Assembly: GCA_026770705.1 (NCBI GenBank) | Contig: JANJGN010000017.1 | Coordinates: forward strand, 86,552,001-86,616,000 | Reading direction: 5' to 3' | DNA from: Isurus oxyrinchus | Taxonomy: Eukaryota | DNA length: 64,000 bases | Shown here: positions 13,174-27,089 of the stretch, in pieces | Numbering within the stretch: position 1 is the stretch's first letter | How the letters are laid out: every line of letters begins with the position of its first letter | Translations under genes and position numbers: made by a program | Notes under the pieces: model-generated | Seen by the model: the letters and a program-made list of their open reading frames with translations, nothing else | What the model was told of the DNA's origin: nothing | Databases searched by the model: none

Positions 13174-14699
13174 TAGGAAGTGAAGGAAGGGAAGACAGGC
13201 TGTAATTGAAGATCGAAAACCCTCCTTGTGTACAGTAGGGTGTAATGGCGGAATTTAACACCAGATACGGATATGTTGGGTGCGAATCTGATTTCGAAAT
13301 TTTCACATCAGAAACTCGATTCCACACCATCAACAAACATCATACTCCGTGGGATATTGTGGCGCGTAGTGGAATCGGGCAAATAATTGCTCCCAGAATA
13401 TGTGTTACAAATTTCAAAATATAATGATTCGGGGAGCCTCTGTCTTAAACTATTGCGCAATTTAAGATAACCATCCTAGTTTCTGTATCAGGCTCTAATC
13501 ACCATGCAAAGACACGCAGGTTTGGCAATCTCACCGTTATCCACACCCCGCCAGCACCTACTACCCTGACCCCTCGCATACCCGCCAAGTTTTGGAACTT
13601 CCTAGGAGTGGATCCTCGATGGTATCAGACCCCTCTCCCCCATTGTTGCTCTCTCCTGACACAGCTTCTCAATCGCTGAACTCTTACCATTCCCAGGTTA
13701 CGATCAGTCCCACTCTTTGCTGAACCCCGGTTCATAAACTCCCAAAGTGCAAACAATTCCTGGGCTCTGAACTTTACTGGAAGCAGATCCATTCCTGGTT
13801 CTAAACTTCCCAGCGTTAATTCTTGTGAAATGACACAGTTGTAATGTAAAAAAAAAAGTGTAGCAATGAGGTATAAGCATTGAAATAATTCAAACCCGAA
13901 TGATGTCCCTAAATGGATTACTTTGTAGATTGCATGTGTACCTTGTCCTTATTTTGAGGCCTGGGATCATTTCATTGCCTCATCACCTCCAAACGGAAAT
14001 AATCTGGAAATCTGGATATTTGGAAGTGAAGTGGCAAATAAAGGACCCTCAAAACCCCAACCACCCTTCCGCAACCTGTCCGCCAATCGAGCCATTAGCA
14101 ACTTCAGCAGAACCAGGATGAAACAATCCATTCCTTGGATAAAGTACCCCTAAGGTTGGACATTCACCATATCCAACTATTCCTCAGGATCAGAAAAGTC
14201 GCCTCAATCGAACGATCTTCTTTGTCAATGATCCGGGTAAATGACATTCAGCAGGTTCCGATCAATGCCAGGCACATACCCTTCCCAGGTTCAAAATTCC
14301 TCCAGGTACAGAACACTCCATTGAGTTGGACGCAAAATTCCTGCTCCTCCATGTCGGACAGGTTCCACAATTGGGCCTTCACAGTGTTGGATATCTTCCA
14401 GGATCAGATACGTCACCAAGTTTTCGCCTGAGGATCGGAACCTCGTCCAGGTGATCAGCACGCCCCCCTCCCCACCTCCGTTCCCCACCCCAACCCCACA
14501 CAATGCTCCTTGAGGGACCAAATAATTTTGGAAATTGGAGACTCCTCTGGATCAGATCAATTCTTTTGGATCAGATCACTTGTTCACCTTCAAACTTACA
14601 TGGCTCTGGGCGACCAACCCAACATTTACACCCCGGTGATCACAGCACTCATCGGGTATTTAATATTTCAGTCTCTCAACCAGTTTTTTTTATTTTAAC

Positions 14700-16250
14700 T
14701 CAATAAAATAAAGGACGTGAAAAGGTTAACAGCAGATAGTCTTAATGGGTTTTCGGGGATGGAGGGAATTGGAAATAGGTTAAGAAATGAAAGTTCAGTG
14801 ACTAAAAAATTAAAAGTGATGCTGAATATCTGATAGACCCCAAAGGTTCAGAGCAGGTTGCTAGCGATGTATTTCAATCTCTCTCGATGTACAGCAACTC
14901 ATGAGCCTTGTTTTATATAAATGGAAATTTGAGGGCCTTGGGATTTGAATGGATGGAATTAAAAAACACATGTACTGAGAGTTGACAAAATTACAGCTGC
15001 TGGGTGGGTTTAAGAAAATGACCATGCAGGAGACGAGGAAATATGTATTTGGTGGCGGACATAGCTGAATGTGGCAGCAATGCTGTAGAATAATGATTTC
15101 AAAGTAATGATATATGGAGTTGCAAGTAAGGGCAAGGAAAACGTTATTCTTGTTGTTGGATTGAGGGCAATGGTCGATAACAGTTACAATGCAAGTGGGA
15201 TAGAAACGGGCAAAATGTTCTTAAACACAATGTAGGGGAACATAGGCTGAGGAATAATGAAGAAACTTATGAAAAAAGAAGGCACTCGTGTGGAATGTGG
15301 CATCGCCATAACGGATGGGATGAAGCTGAGAAAAGTGGAAAAATTTGAACAGACTATTTCTGGAAAGTGCATGGAGAGAAAATATTATCATGGTAACTCT
15401 GTGAGCGGGCGCGTTGATTGTAGCTACTTTTGGGCAGCCATTTTCCAAAAATGTAGGCAGAATTTTCGAGGAATGGGAGGGCAGCGTCAGAGACTGACCA
15501 TGCAAAGAGGAAATGTGATTGAAGTTTTCAGTGCAAAACAAAAGAAGGACACGGCACCACTAATATCATCAGAGTAGAAGAAAGTAGTTCAAGGTGTTGG
15601 TGAAGAGCTGCTGAGTATGATTGGAATAATGAACGATCCAACTATTGTTCAGAAAGAAATCATTTCTTGACTCCATACAAGCTCTTTCAGTGACATCATT
15701 TGAGTTAGGATCATCCCAATGTTTACACCTGAGGTCCACACATCTTAACTTATAGCAGTGACTGTGCACACGAATTGAGGTCTCCGTTCAAATACTAGCC
15801 AGTGGGTAAGAGAGGAGCTCCATGATTAACGGACCATGAATACATCTAAACAATTTCATTGCAAATTAGTTCCACAATATATTCCATTAGACGCTGCAGG
15901 ATGGACACTGAACCGGAAACTCTCTTTATGATGTCTGCCAGGTATCTTCACATGTGTTCTGGAATCCGGGAACTTAGAACACAATGGAAAAAATGACATG
16001 GGCACCAATGCAAATGGGCTCTTGGATTGCATCTCATAGGAAGTTAACCCAGTTGCTGGACAGTCGAGGCAAGCAATTGCAGATCAGGTTAGTATGATTG
16101 CAGTAAATTTCCATCAATTTCTAAAGATCTTGGTTAACATATAACACAATAGAAATGTGAGAACTCGAAGAATAAATGGTGTTTCAGGACAAGAGACAGA
16201 ATTATCAGCAGGTTGGCGACAGAAACTGTAAAAAGGGAGGAGGAGTTAAA
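14700..16250 (+). mobile_element. Decayed CR1-like endonuclease/ORF2 remnant inside the GPCR pseudogene intron
   Basis: A/G-rich LINE-like composition with weak EN-like traces. No intact frame. Confidence 0.4.
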
Positions 16251-17836
16251 ATGGGTTTACTCCAAAAGGAAGGAGCTGGGAAGTGGTGTTCCAGAAGGAT
16301 CGGTGCAGGAACCGCGGCTATTTATCATTTACAGATGCAAAACGGAGTCAGGAATGCTAAACACAATTTCAAAATTAACATAAATTCCAGCCCCGTTGTA
16401 AAAATATGCTTGCTAAACCTTCCATGGTATGTGATTATCAATTAGTCTAATTGACATAGAGGTTCAGGCGTGCACATTCACATGTCATTTAAAACAGCAG
16501 TAGAGGTGAACAAGAGAACAGCATGTTGCACAAATATTCGGATTCGCCTCTATAGGAATGCGATAGAAAAGAAAGAAAAAGTTGAGAACAAATAACAGAG
16601 AATTTTGATTATATAACTTTGAGCGTACTGCTCACCATGCATCCTCCAGATTACAATGCAGACATTTTCATACACTGAAGAAGCTGCAGTTTCTCTGTCA
16701 GTGACTTCAGATTTCAGAGCATTTAAATGTTCGCCTCATCATTAATAGTTTTCTGATGCTATTATTTACTACCCGGGTCTGATATCTGCATTTCAAAATT
16801 TTGACATGTATGTTCCTCAGCTACAAGTGTCTTTGCTCAGAGGGAAAACCTTTCTATGAAGGAAACAAAATGGTACAGGTGACATGTGAAAACACTCCGA
16901 AACATGGAGAAGATCAGATCTTTAAAATCTTAATAATTTCCTAAAAATGAGGAACTACGAACCCCAGTGGACTATCAGTTCTGAGTAAGATACATAAATC
17001 AATAGATTATTTACAGTTACTATATTGGGAGCAACAATATACTCATATGACATTATAATTATAATTCCGAGCTGTAATACTTTAATGGTGCTTTAGGGCT
17101 CATTAAATGTTAGGAACTATTTGATATATGTTTTAGTTGAATCAGTTCATCACGAAAAGAGAAAAAGCAATGCAGCACCTTATACATTTGTTCTCAAACC
17201 AACGGCAAGATTCCTGCTGATTTTAATCCATTACTTTGGTAAAACACAAGAGAGATACATGAATGAAGAAAACACTCACCAAACAAAGACATGGTTTCAA
17301 TTTTTAACCAATTTATTTCATTTCAGATTATGTCACTCACTCATTACAATGTTATGCAGCAGGTAAGTAATACGATTTCATACATGATTGCTGGTAACAG
17401 ATGTTTCAAGCTGCTGAGTTGCACATGCTCAGTAAAATTATACAATGAAAGATAGTCCCAGTAATGCATTACCACTGAGGTCACGTATTGAATTCCATTT
17501 GGTGACACACACTTATTGTGACTATGCTTCTGTGCTTCCTGATTACTCGCCTCAGATAGTTGTCTGCACTAGGGTATGATTCAAAATTAGAAGATGTTCC
17601 AAATAATCAGAAAAAAAACAGAGAACCCCTTAGTGCAGAATCAAAGTTTTATGATCAGTTGACGGAAAATACAAAAAACACGCAGATGATGGGAGGTTTT
17701 TCACTTAAGCAAATGCCACCACTAATCGCTTCACTGTTTATTGGTGATCAGGACAGAGCATGTAACAGGCCCAATCACAGTGCACCATGAAAATCCAATT
17801 TACACACAGAACTGCGAAAAAAATATCGTCACTTAC

Positions 17837-17903
17837 CAGGAACACCAATGAAAGGATGAATCACGTAGACTATTTTTTCAATAATTTCGAATGTTTCAAG
17901 CAT
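17837..17903 (-). pseudogene. Exon 1 of a GPR139-like class A GPCR pseudogene
   Basis: ATG...CCT G|gtaagt, 67 nt. MLETFEIIEKIVYVIHPFIGVP resembles the short first exon (ending IGVP in TM1) of shark GPR139-like receptors. Confidence 0.8.
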
Positions 17904-18304
17904 TTTCTCTGTGAACCAATATGTGTCTTCGTTCTGCAGACGAACCTACTGCACCGAAAAACAGAGCTGATACATTATCAAGACCTTTATTTATGCTCTG
18001 TAAGAAGTCCACAGAGGGATTGCTTTCGCAACATCATTCTGGGTTGTTATGCTTCTTTCTTAGAAAGCGCTGGAAATGTCCAAAGACTGTAAAATTCTGA
18101 TAGCATTCATTACCTAACAAAAATTCGAATTTGGATTTTATTGCAACGAGGATGTTTTCGCAAACACATTCATTCCCATCTTTTGATTTTATTTGTTTAA
18201 CTGATGCCCTTCACTCGATGGTGACCATTTAGCAATTCAATTCTAAATTTTATAGAGGTTCTCTCAGGGCTGCTTTATAGCATTGTGGGATATAAGTGCT
18301 GAAG

Positions 18305-18445
18305 TTAACTCTTTCGAGTACAAACACGTTTCCATCTGTTCCTATTCAGATGAAATTACATTGTTTCATAATTTGCAATGGTGAGATTTGAACTCTTGAT
18401 CGGGGGGGGTTACAAGCCCAGTACCATAACCACTTGGCTATTTAA
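18305..18445 (-). mobile_element. Short tRNA-derived SINE
   Basis: Minus strand tagccaagtggttatgg (A box) ... gagttcaaatctc (B box), followed by a ~70 nt non-tRNA tail. ttaact occurs at both flanks. Confidence 0.65.
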
Positions 18446-19544
18446 CTGTGGCCATTCAGCTCAATTATTATAATGAGACACATGTGAGTCGCATTGCAGA
18501 AGCCACAAACAAATGCAACCTCTAAGTCAACTGTAACATTGGCAAACAATTTAACGAGTTAAAACCAATGGAAACCACAAATTATCCTCCGTTCCAAAGT
18601 AGACGGCTCTTCCAATGGATACATGATGTCCAGACTGCAAAAACCCTCCATTGGATGGCGAATCCCCCTAAGTCTACAAAATTTCAAACTGGTTTAACAG
18701 TTCATACGTGCAAGTCCCTGTAAAGAATATGTCGTCTCAGGCAAATTCACCCTGTCACACCAATGAAGCAGCTCAAGCTAATCCAGCATGCCATTCGAAT
18801 ACATCACTTCAGTGGAATACAGTATCATAAAAAAACTCAAACTGACAAAGTACATAATATTTTATGGCCAATTCTGTTTGTTGCATCATGCTGACCGAAA
18901 AAGATTGATTAAACATAAGCCCACGTTCCAGTTGTTTGCCCAGAGTTCTAACATCAACAAGACAACAAACATTTATTTCCAGACAGTGGTGGGAATCGCA
19001 AAATCACTGATTAAAATAGTGTTGCAGAAACCCTCAGCAAACTTAGAAAATATATTTAAATATTTAACACTTAGGTAAGTGCTCGATGATTTATAACCAA
19101 CAGTCACAGAGTCCATGGATATGACGGTGGGCTTAAACTAGATAGGCTGTTTAAGACTAGCGCAGGCACGATGGGCTTATGCTCTCCTTAAGTGCCATAA
19201 CGCGTGCTATGTTTTTATGTCTCAAATCAGATTCACTTTCCTGCAAATTGAAAACAGGAGCTATTTAGGAAAGAAAAATAATGTTAGTATTGAGTTGGAG
19301 AAAGTGCCGCCATGTTCACAAGCTTTGCATTTACCAATGCCATGACACTTTCCTGCGCCAATTATGCCTAACTACGAGCTAAATATCACAGAATCACAAA
19401 TAATAATGCACCGTAGGAGGCCCCTTAACCCGACGTAGCTGCGCCAGCCCTCCACATGACAACTACTCCAGCACCATTTTCCATTTAACCTTCCAAGCTG
19501 ACATTCCAAAGGCAACAATCTACCTAAAAAGTGACGCACAGACA

Positions 19545-19760
19545 TTTTAGCGCTTCCTCAGCACTTACTGTCCGGCAGCGCGATGCTCCCTCTTGACTAA
19601 TACTCCGACATTGCTGCACTCCCTCATTTTGGACCATTCGGCTGTGTGGCTCTGTTTCAGCACTGCATCTCTGACAATTCATTTTTCCATCGGTAATGAG
19701 GCTCAAACATGTGCAGCGTTCCCTCAGCTCTGTTACCATGTCTGCACATAATTTTCTACT
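19545..19760 (-). repeat. Degenerate antisense copy of the 33-bp SINE-derived tandem repeat
   Basis: ctccgacattgctgcactccctca and gtgcagcgttccctcag are reverse complements of the unit. Confidence 0.6.
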
Positions 19761-20439
19761 TCACTTTCTGGATGTATATCTGAAGCTAGAGACTCCAACT
19801 CAGAGGTGGCTGTGCTGTGTACTGAGAATCAGCGGACACTCTCCAAATACAGATATATTTTTCACTATTCCTGGGTAAATCCAGAACTCAATCCGTGGAC
19901 ATGAGTTTATTGCAATATCACAATCAAGTATTCATGAGAAAGCCTTCTTAACTAGTGATTGCTGTGAATGTGGAGCTCATTGGTAAGTGAGATCAATAGG
20001 GTTGATAAATTTAATGGGAATTTGAAAAACACATGGAAGGAGAGAAACGGAAGATAATTTTAATTGGGATGAGAGGAAAAACGTGTGGAATGGATCAGGG
20101 GCTCTTCCTAACCTCTGATGCTGCTCATCGGTGCAAAAATGTTCACCGGGATATGTGATTCACCAGCCATTAAGCTCCCTCGCCAGGCCTAGATATTCTA
20201 GGTTCCAGGAAATTGATTTCATGAACCGTATTGTGTTTAATCCATTGTCTACTGTACCCGGAACTATCCAGGCATAAACAGGCTGGACGGAGCCAGAGCC
20301 CTTTCTTCAGAGAATAATTAAGTTTGGAGAAGGAGGATTGAGAGAGAGGGAGATAGAGAAACAGTGTGTCTTTGTGTGGGTGTGTGGGTGTGTGTCTGTG
20401 TGTGTGTGTGTGTGAGAGAGAGAGATAGAAGGAGAGATA

Positions 20440-21820
20440 CACAGATCTGTTTGTGACTCATCCCAGTTAATAAGATATGTTGCAGATTTTCTAGAAGTTA
20501 CAGGCCTTGTTGTATGTTATTCGCTGCACAGACAATCATCAGTGTGTATATGGCTCCTGAATTGCCAATGAACTGGATGTATGAGGCTGCCCAGAGATAA
20601 TAAGCCCAGTTTGTTATTGTCCACACGCCGATGAGTTTGATTTGTTTATTTTCTCTGATAGGTAATGAGCTTGAAGTGTATGAATCCCTCCATAACTGAA
20701 AACTTAGAGTGTGATTTTTTCCAAAGTCAATACTCAGCGTGGTTTGTGTGATCCACTGAAGTCTATGACGTCAGTACGTTTGACCCTAAACCCTGGCCGG
20801 TGATCTATAAACCTCTGATTAATCCCTGTAGGATTACTTCCATTGGGCCGTGGGGAGGGGCTGCTATCCCTAATCTGGAGCTGTTGAGCTTGAAGCGTGT
20901 GCTTGCTCTCAATGCCAATTACATTGGTGTTCATTACACCCACATCCGACAATCTCGCTGAGTGCGTGATTACCCCATGGACAATGTACTAGCTCTGCCT
21001 GATATACTCCACTGCTATGAGCATGGCCTGCGATAACTCGATATTGCTTGGGGTGCATGTGTTTCATTGACACAAAAACTAAACTGTTTGCAGTGTTTCT
21101 CTCACCCCATAACCAAATGAGGTTACTGTATGATTCTCCCCAGTGTGTAATTAGCTTTGTGTGTTAGTCTCTTCATGGTGAATAAGCTCAATGAAACTTC
21201 CACTCCAAAAATACAGCAACGAATTCAGCATGTGTGCTACCTCCCTTCTTCAAAGAGCTGGCTGGTAATTTTGCCAGTGGCCGGGGATCTAGATTATTAG
21301 GTTCGAGCCATATTTGATGAGCTCCATGCGTTCTTATCCCACAACAGGTGTGATTGATGTACTTGATTTCAGCCATGGATGGTGAGCTGGGTGTGAATGT
21401 TTGTCTCCGTAGTTGATGAAATCGGTGTGTGTGATTCCGCTAATTGTGGAAAACTTGCTTTGTGTCACTATCTTCCTGTTCAATGAGCCCCATGAGGCGA
21501 ATGCATGCATGCAGAATTATAATCGTCTGATTTACAATGTGGATGATACTATCCACGGGACAATTTTTCCCACCCGCAGAACATTGATCAAAGTGGGTTT
21601 AGTTCCCTCGATGAGTGATAAACATGGCATATCTGATTCACCCTTGGTCGATGAGCTCCATGTTACTTCCAAATCACAGTTGATGAGCTGTGTGTGTGTG
21701 ATTCATTAAATGGAGGATGGGTTCGGCGTTTGTGTGTGTGTGTGTGTGTTTGTGTGTGTGCATGTGTGTGTGTGCGCGTGTGTGTATCCACCCCATGGAT
21801 GTTCAGCTTAGCTTGTGTGG
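20440..21820. repeat. Ancient degenerate ~34-bp minisatellite
   Basis: Recurring gatgagct.g.tgtgtgtgattc.cc..atgg. Unit starts at 21381, 21415, 21449, 21482 and 21650, 21682, 21716. Confidence 0.6.
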
Positions 21821-21869
21821 TGTTCGTCATTTCCGCCAATCCCCAGGAGTGATTTTAACCCGACTCACT

Positions 21870-22650
21870 GTATCAGTTCAGTGCAGAAGGAGGCCATTCG
21901 GCCCAACAAGTCTGTATTTGCTTTCTGAAAGAGTATTCAAACTGGTGCCACTACCCTTCCTCATCCCCGTAATGTTGCACGTTTTCTCCTTTCAGATAGA
22001 AATCATTTTGGTATCGCTTTTGAATACGTCTATTGAATCTGACTCCACGACACTTTCAGGCTGATTTTTCCGGACTCTAACCAGAAAACAGAAACAAAAA
22101 TCATCACATCACACACTCCTTTTAACCAATTACTTTGGATCTGCCCCCTCTAGTTTTTGTCGTTCTATTCATGATGAACATTTTCTCATGGTTTACCTTT
22201 CCCATAAGTTTCAGGATATTGTACGCCTCCATCAAGTCTCCTCTCGGCATTTTTTTCTGCAAGAAATAAAGAGAAGAAATGACTGCATTATATCTTCATA
22301 GCTGCAGTCCTCTGTAAATGGAATCGTTCTTGAGACTTTCCTATATACTCTCTCTAATTTCTTCACAACATTTCATGAGCATGGTGCCCAGAACTGGACA
22401 CAGCATCTCCAATGAGACCTAACTAGCGTTTAATATAAAATTAACATGTTCCTCCTAACTCTGGTTTGAGTGCCACTGTTAATTGAGCTTATGATGCTTC
22501 TTTAACTGACCTCTCAACACGCTTTTCAGTCTTACGTAGTCCAAGTAAGAATAAACGTGGCTTCCTCTATTCAGGTACCTTTTTTTAGAGGATCTCCATT
22601 TATTTTATATAGTCTCAGCACATGGTTCCTGCCAAAATGAATCCACAGCG
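21870..22650 (-). mobile_element. CR1 LINE 3' fragment
   Basis: gaaggaggccattcggccc tail, and ggtgcccagaactggacacagcat (..VQFWAP on the minus strand). Confidence 0.75.
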
Positions 22651-25600
22651 ATAATCTCGGAAACTGTCATTCCCCTTCAACCAGTGAGCTTGGTTGTTGT
22701 GAGTTCCACCATGTACAATGACTTTGTCAATGAGATTTCCGCCATGGCCTTAGGTCTAGTATGAATATCTACAGATAGCCAACTTGAATCATAAAAGTGA
22801 GGTGCTCCGTGGTTCATTGTGCTCTGCCTGTGATTCAGCCCATCGCTGAAGAACTTGTTTGCTGTGCTTTTCCTACATGAATCATGTCTTGACCGTATCT
22901 GAACATGACATGGCCTTTGGCTTTGTAATGCGATTCTACCAAAAGCTGGTCAGCTTGTGAGGGAACTCATAGATTATTCTTCGATGGACCATTCCACCGA
23001 CACATCTCCACATTCTGCACTCACAACTTATATGCCGTTACTGATCCCTATCCTACATCTAACCTTCTATTCTCCTGCTACTCTCTGTTGTCTTGCAGAG
23101 TTGAACAGGAGAAAACACTGATATTAGACACAACTGCACGAGCCAACTGTTGCACGCTCTCTATAACTGATTGAGAGTGGAAAGCTGCAAGAGTCATGAC
23201 CACTGCGGAGGTAATCTTGATTTGAGGACGTATTAAAGACTTTCTAAAGAAATAACATTTCATGACATGCAAATGTTTAACACGGAGATTTCCGCAAAAG
23301 AAGCTGTGAGGCACGAAGAATAACAAAACACAAGACTGGCTAATCTCTAACTTTCAAGATGCCGATGGAGGCGAGCTCTCCAGCACTCAGCCCTCCCCTA
23401 ATTAAGTCATTATCCAAAAGTTGCGCCAATCTTGGGGTCACCGTAACATTCCCCTAGTGCCGATTTGACTGTAATGCAAAGGGATGATCTACATCTGAAA
23501 GGGACGGAACACCTGAAAGAGAACATGCTGTAAAGAACATATCGTTTTACTTCTGTTGGACTGTTGTAAAACCACTGCAATTTTTTTGTCTATTTCTGTT
23601 AGACTGTGGACTTAAAGCTACAATAGCTGTAGTTTGAAAGCCATGTCTACTGGAACAGGATGAAAATATGTAGAACGTTGCAGTCCTGGAAGAGAGAGTG
23701 CCATGAAAGATAGTGCAGAAAAGGATTCCAGGACAAAGGGCCTGACAACAACATTTTTAATGGCTCTTGGCCAGGTGACCAGGGTTTGTGTGGCAGCAGT
23801 GGAAAAAAAATGCTCCTTGCCTGCAAAATAGAAAGCAAATAAAATCACTGCTCCTCATACACCTATAAGTTGCTCCCTCTCTGAAAACCCCTATCAAGAG
23901 GCAAAGATGCAAATAATTGCTGGGGACATTGATAGACTACTGCTCAGTCAGTGAGCCAAATGCTGGACGGCCATCTCGTGTCATCAAGAAGAACTAAAAG
24001 GAATTTGGATGACATCGATCAAAATCAACCCATCACATCCTGTTCTCCGGAATTGGTGCTATTAAACTGCTTTATTACACTCTCAAAATCCATGGTTTTG
24101 TGTTTCTAATCTGTCTCGTGCGTCTGCCAATAGGGATTCTAGAAGGGGGAGACTTTGAAGTATAGCATTAGAATTTATCAGTTCAAGATTCTTTATTGTG
24201 CCACTGATTAACGAAGAGATTGCTCAATAAACAGCTATTTACTTATTGACTTTACAAACTTGGTGCTCGTATTCTGATAACTTTAAGTAAATATTTCTTT
24301 GGATTTCGGGTAATCTCGTGGTTTGTTCAAAATTTCCACGTTTGTTGTGGCTCAGGGAACAGTGGGCCTTGATATAGCAGTGCACTATAAGCATTCATTC
24401 GTAAGCAAGTTTGGGGTCTCGCCATTTTCCTGCAAGTGGAAGAGATGCTCTTTATGATTACGCAGGGAGCCAGGCTTATCGATCTGGCAGGTAAATTAAG
24501 AGCAGGGTTGCCTGCCAAACTGAGGAAGTCAGGGATAGTCGAAGGGATGGCAGAGCATTTGAAATTGGATTGAATAGCGGAGAGACTGAGTTCTCCAAGG
24601 TCTGGATTCTTCGTTTCAAACTCAGTTGCAAAGAAAACGTGGATCGCGATGCAGCACTGAAAGGGCTGAGGATAAAAAAGAAAAGCAGAGCGAGAGAACA
24701 TTCCAAAGGTAGCAAGTAGAAATGGCATTCCAAAGGGAACAGGCAGAAAAGGAAGGATAAAGGACATTTCAAAGTGAGTTACAAAAGAAAAAGTGTGAGG
24801 TGGAAAAAAGAGAGAGAATTTCAGCATCAAATGCTGGCAGTTAAAAATAAGAGAACAGGAGGTTAAGCAGGAAATATTTCACATTGAAACGCAGTGGAGA
24901 GATGTGTACATTTCCACAGACCTTCCAAATTTTGAGGAAAGGAATGTCAAAGCATTATTTATTTCATTTGAGAAAATACATAACAGACTAAAAGACCAAA
25001 CGAAACGTGGACATTGCCCATGCAGAGCAAATTGCAAGTTAGTGCACAGAAAATATATGCTTCACTGTTAGGGGAAGTTTTCTAGGGATTATGTTTTGGT
25101 GACAAAGAGACCATTTGGAAAGCATGTGAGTAATTACCTGAAACCTGCAGAAAAATGTTCCGAAATTCAAGGAAACAGCCTCGGCAAATTTACTTCGAAA
25201 TTGAAAGGATTGAACAAAGTAGGTTAGAAAGGTGCATACGAACATTACGAGTTGAAACTAGATATTAAGTTCTCAGACGGACCATTCACTTGTAAGAATT
25301 TAATATCTCCTGACGTTATGTATTAAGAATACTTGTTGAAGTCTAAGTGTTTCAACTGTTAGACAGGCAGCATTAATGGCTGACAATTATGACATGATAC
25401 ATTAAACTAAATATTTCTTCCATCACAAACGTTAGTTTGAAAAGGGTAAAAATTGGGACTGAAAGGAAGCAAGTAGACAGGGAAAATAATGAATACCTCG
25501 TTAATCCTTCAAATCTCCTCCCTGAATTTAGAATGATGGTTCTGACACTTGACGTGAAACACAAAGGTCTAACTGTTTACAGTGCAATTAGCTGGGGCAC

Positions 25601-25957
25601 ATTCGTTCAGAATGCTTGCAGGTGAAGCCCGTGGGACAAACTGGTGTTCAGAAGAAAGAGCCTGAATAGGGAATTCAAATAGAAAAGAAAAAAAAATCAT
25701 GGATCAAAATGTAGCTTTAACTGTAAATAAGGGTCTGGAGGTAAACCATGCTGTGAATGCAGATGAAGTGAATGAGATAGAGGAGATATGTAAATATTTT
25801 TTTCTGTCAATAGGGAAGCGAATCCATTTTTTCACCAAATGATGTAGCTCAATCCGTAATTATATTAAGGGACACAGGCGCTTTTCAAAATCATTATGCC
25901 AGAGAATGACCTAGTTTGCCTTCCTGAGTGTTTAATTAAAGCTGAAGTTTTGGTAAA

Positions 25958-26740
25958 AGCAAAAAACTGCGGATGCTGTAAATCCAAAACAAAAATAAAA
26001 ATACCTGGAAATACTCAGCAAGTCTGGCAGCATCTGTGGAGAGGAACACAGTTAATGTTTCGAGTCCGTATGACTTTTCAGAAGAACTAAGTAAAAATAC
26101 AAGGGAGTTGAAATATAAGCTGGTTTAAGGGTGGGGGTCTGAGGGGGGTGGGGGTAGAGATATTATCTAAGAAATGTGCTAATTATGGATAGAAAGAAGG
26201 ACAACCAAGGTACAGATAGCCCTAGTGGGGGTGTGGCGCGGTGATGGAATTGAAAAAGGTAGAGATAAAACAATGGATGGAAATACATGTAAAAATATGC
26301 AAATAGGTGGTAAAAGAAAAATATATATAAATTATTGGAAAAAAAAGGGGGGAATCGGAAAGGGGGTGGGGATGGAGGAGAGAGTTCATGATCTAAAATT
26401 GTTGAATTCAATATTCAGTCCAGAAGGTTGTAAAGTGCCTAGTCGGAAGATGAGGTGCTGTTCCTCCACTTTGCACATTTGTTAGAGAATACCACCACAT
26501 TCAACGCCACTTTTTCCTTTTGTCTATTACATCTTTTGGCTATCTGCACCTATCACTGGCCCTCTTTCCAGCTCTACCTGTCCCCACACCACCCACCCCC
26601 TTAAACCAGCTTATATTTCACCTCTTCTATTTTTACTTAGCTCTGTTTTAGAGTCATATGGACTCGAAACGTTAACTGTGTTCCTCTCAAGAGATGCTGC
26701 CAGACCTGCTGAGTTTTTCCACGGATTTCTTTTTTTGTTT
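25958..26740 (-). mobile_element. Penelope-like 3' fragment plus inverted terminal copy, 15-bp TSD
   Basis: Minus strand encodes the PLE C-terminus KVEEQHLIFRLGTLQPSGLNIEFNNFRS* (~26385-26470). The two ends are inverted copies of each other. tgaagttttggtaaa is duplicated at 25943-25957 and 26741-26755. Confidence 0.85.
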
Positions 26741-27089
26741 TGAAGTTTTGGTAAACTGGATAAGTGGAGATTGTATCCCGGCCCATTGTACAAGTGGCAA
26801 TTGAAATGTGATTTGTTACCTGGACCAGAAGTTGTTGGAGCGGTTAAGAAAATACCTGGATGGAGCTGCTTTAATCCAGGGATTGATTTGGCAGGAGTAA
26901 AGTTAATAGCTTCACCTAAAACTGCAGGAAGTCCTCGAGAGGCCAATGAGATGGATCTGTTACAAAACAAGTTCCTGGTATATTTCCGTCATGTGTGGTG
27001 ACCAGAGTAATGGCTAAAGAAAGCCCTTAACCAAAGGTCAAATTAAGACCACGAGCAGATCTTAGAGTAGACAAAACGTCATTTAAAGA

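Noticed and set aside
18375-18443. tRNA gene
   Set aside because: A and B boxes are present, but the anticodon/variable region is replaced by a C run, no convincing acceptor stem is visible, and a SINE-like tail follows.
20440-21820. Mucin-like coding repeat on the minus strand (HTPSSS-like)
   Set aside because: The measured period is mostly 34 bp, not a multiple of 3, and there is no long ORF.
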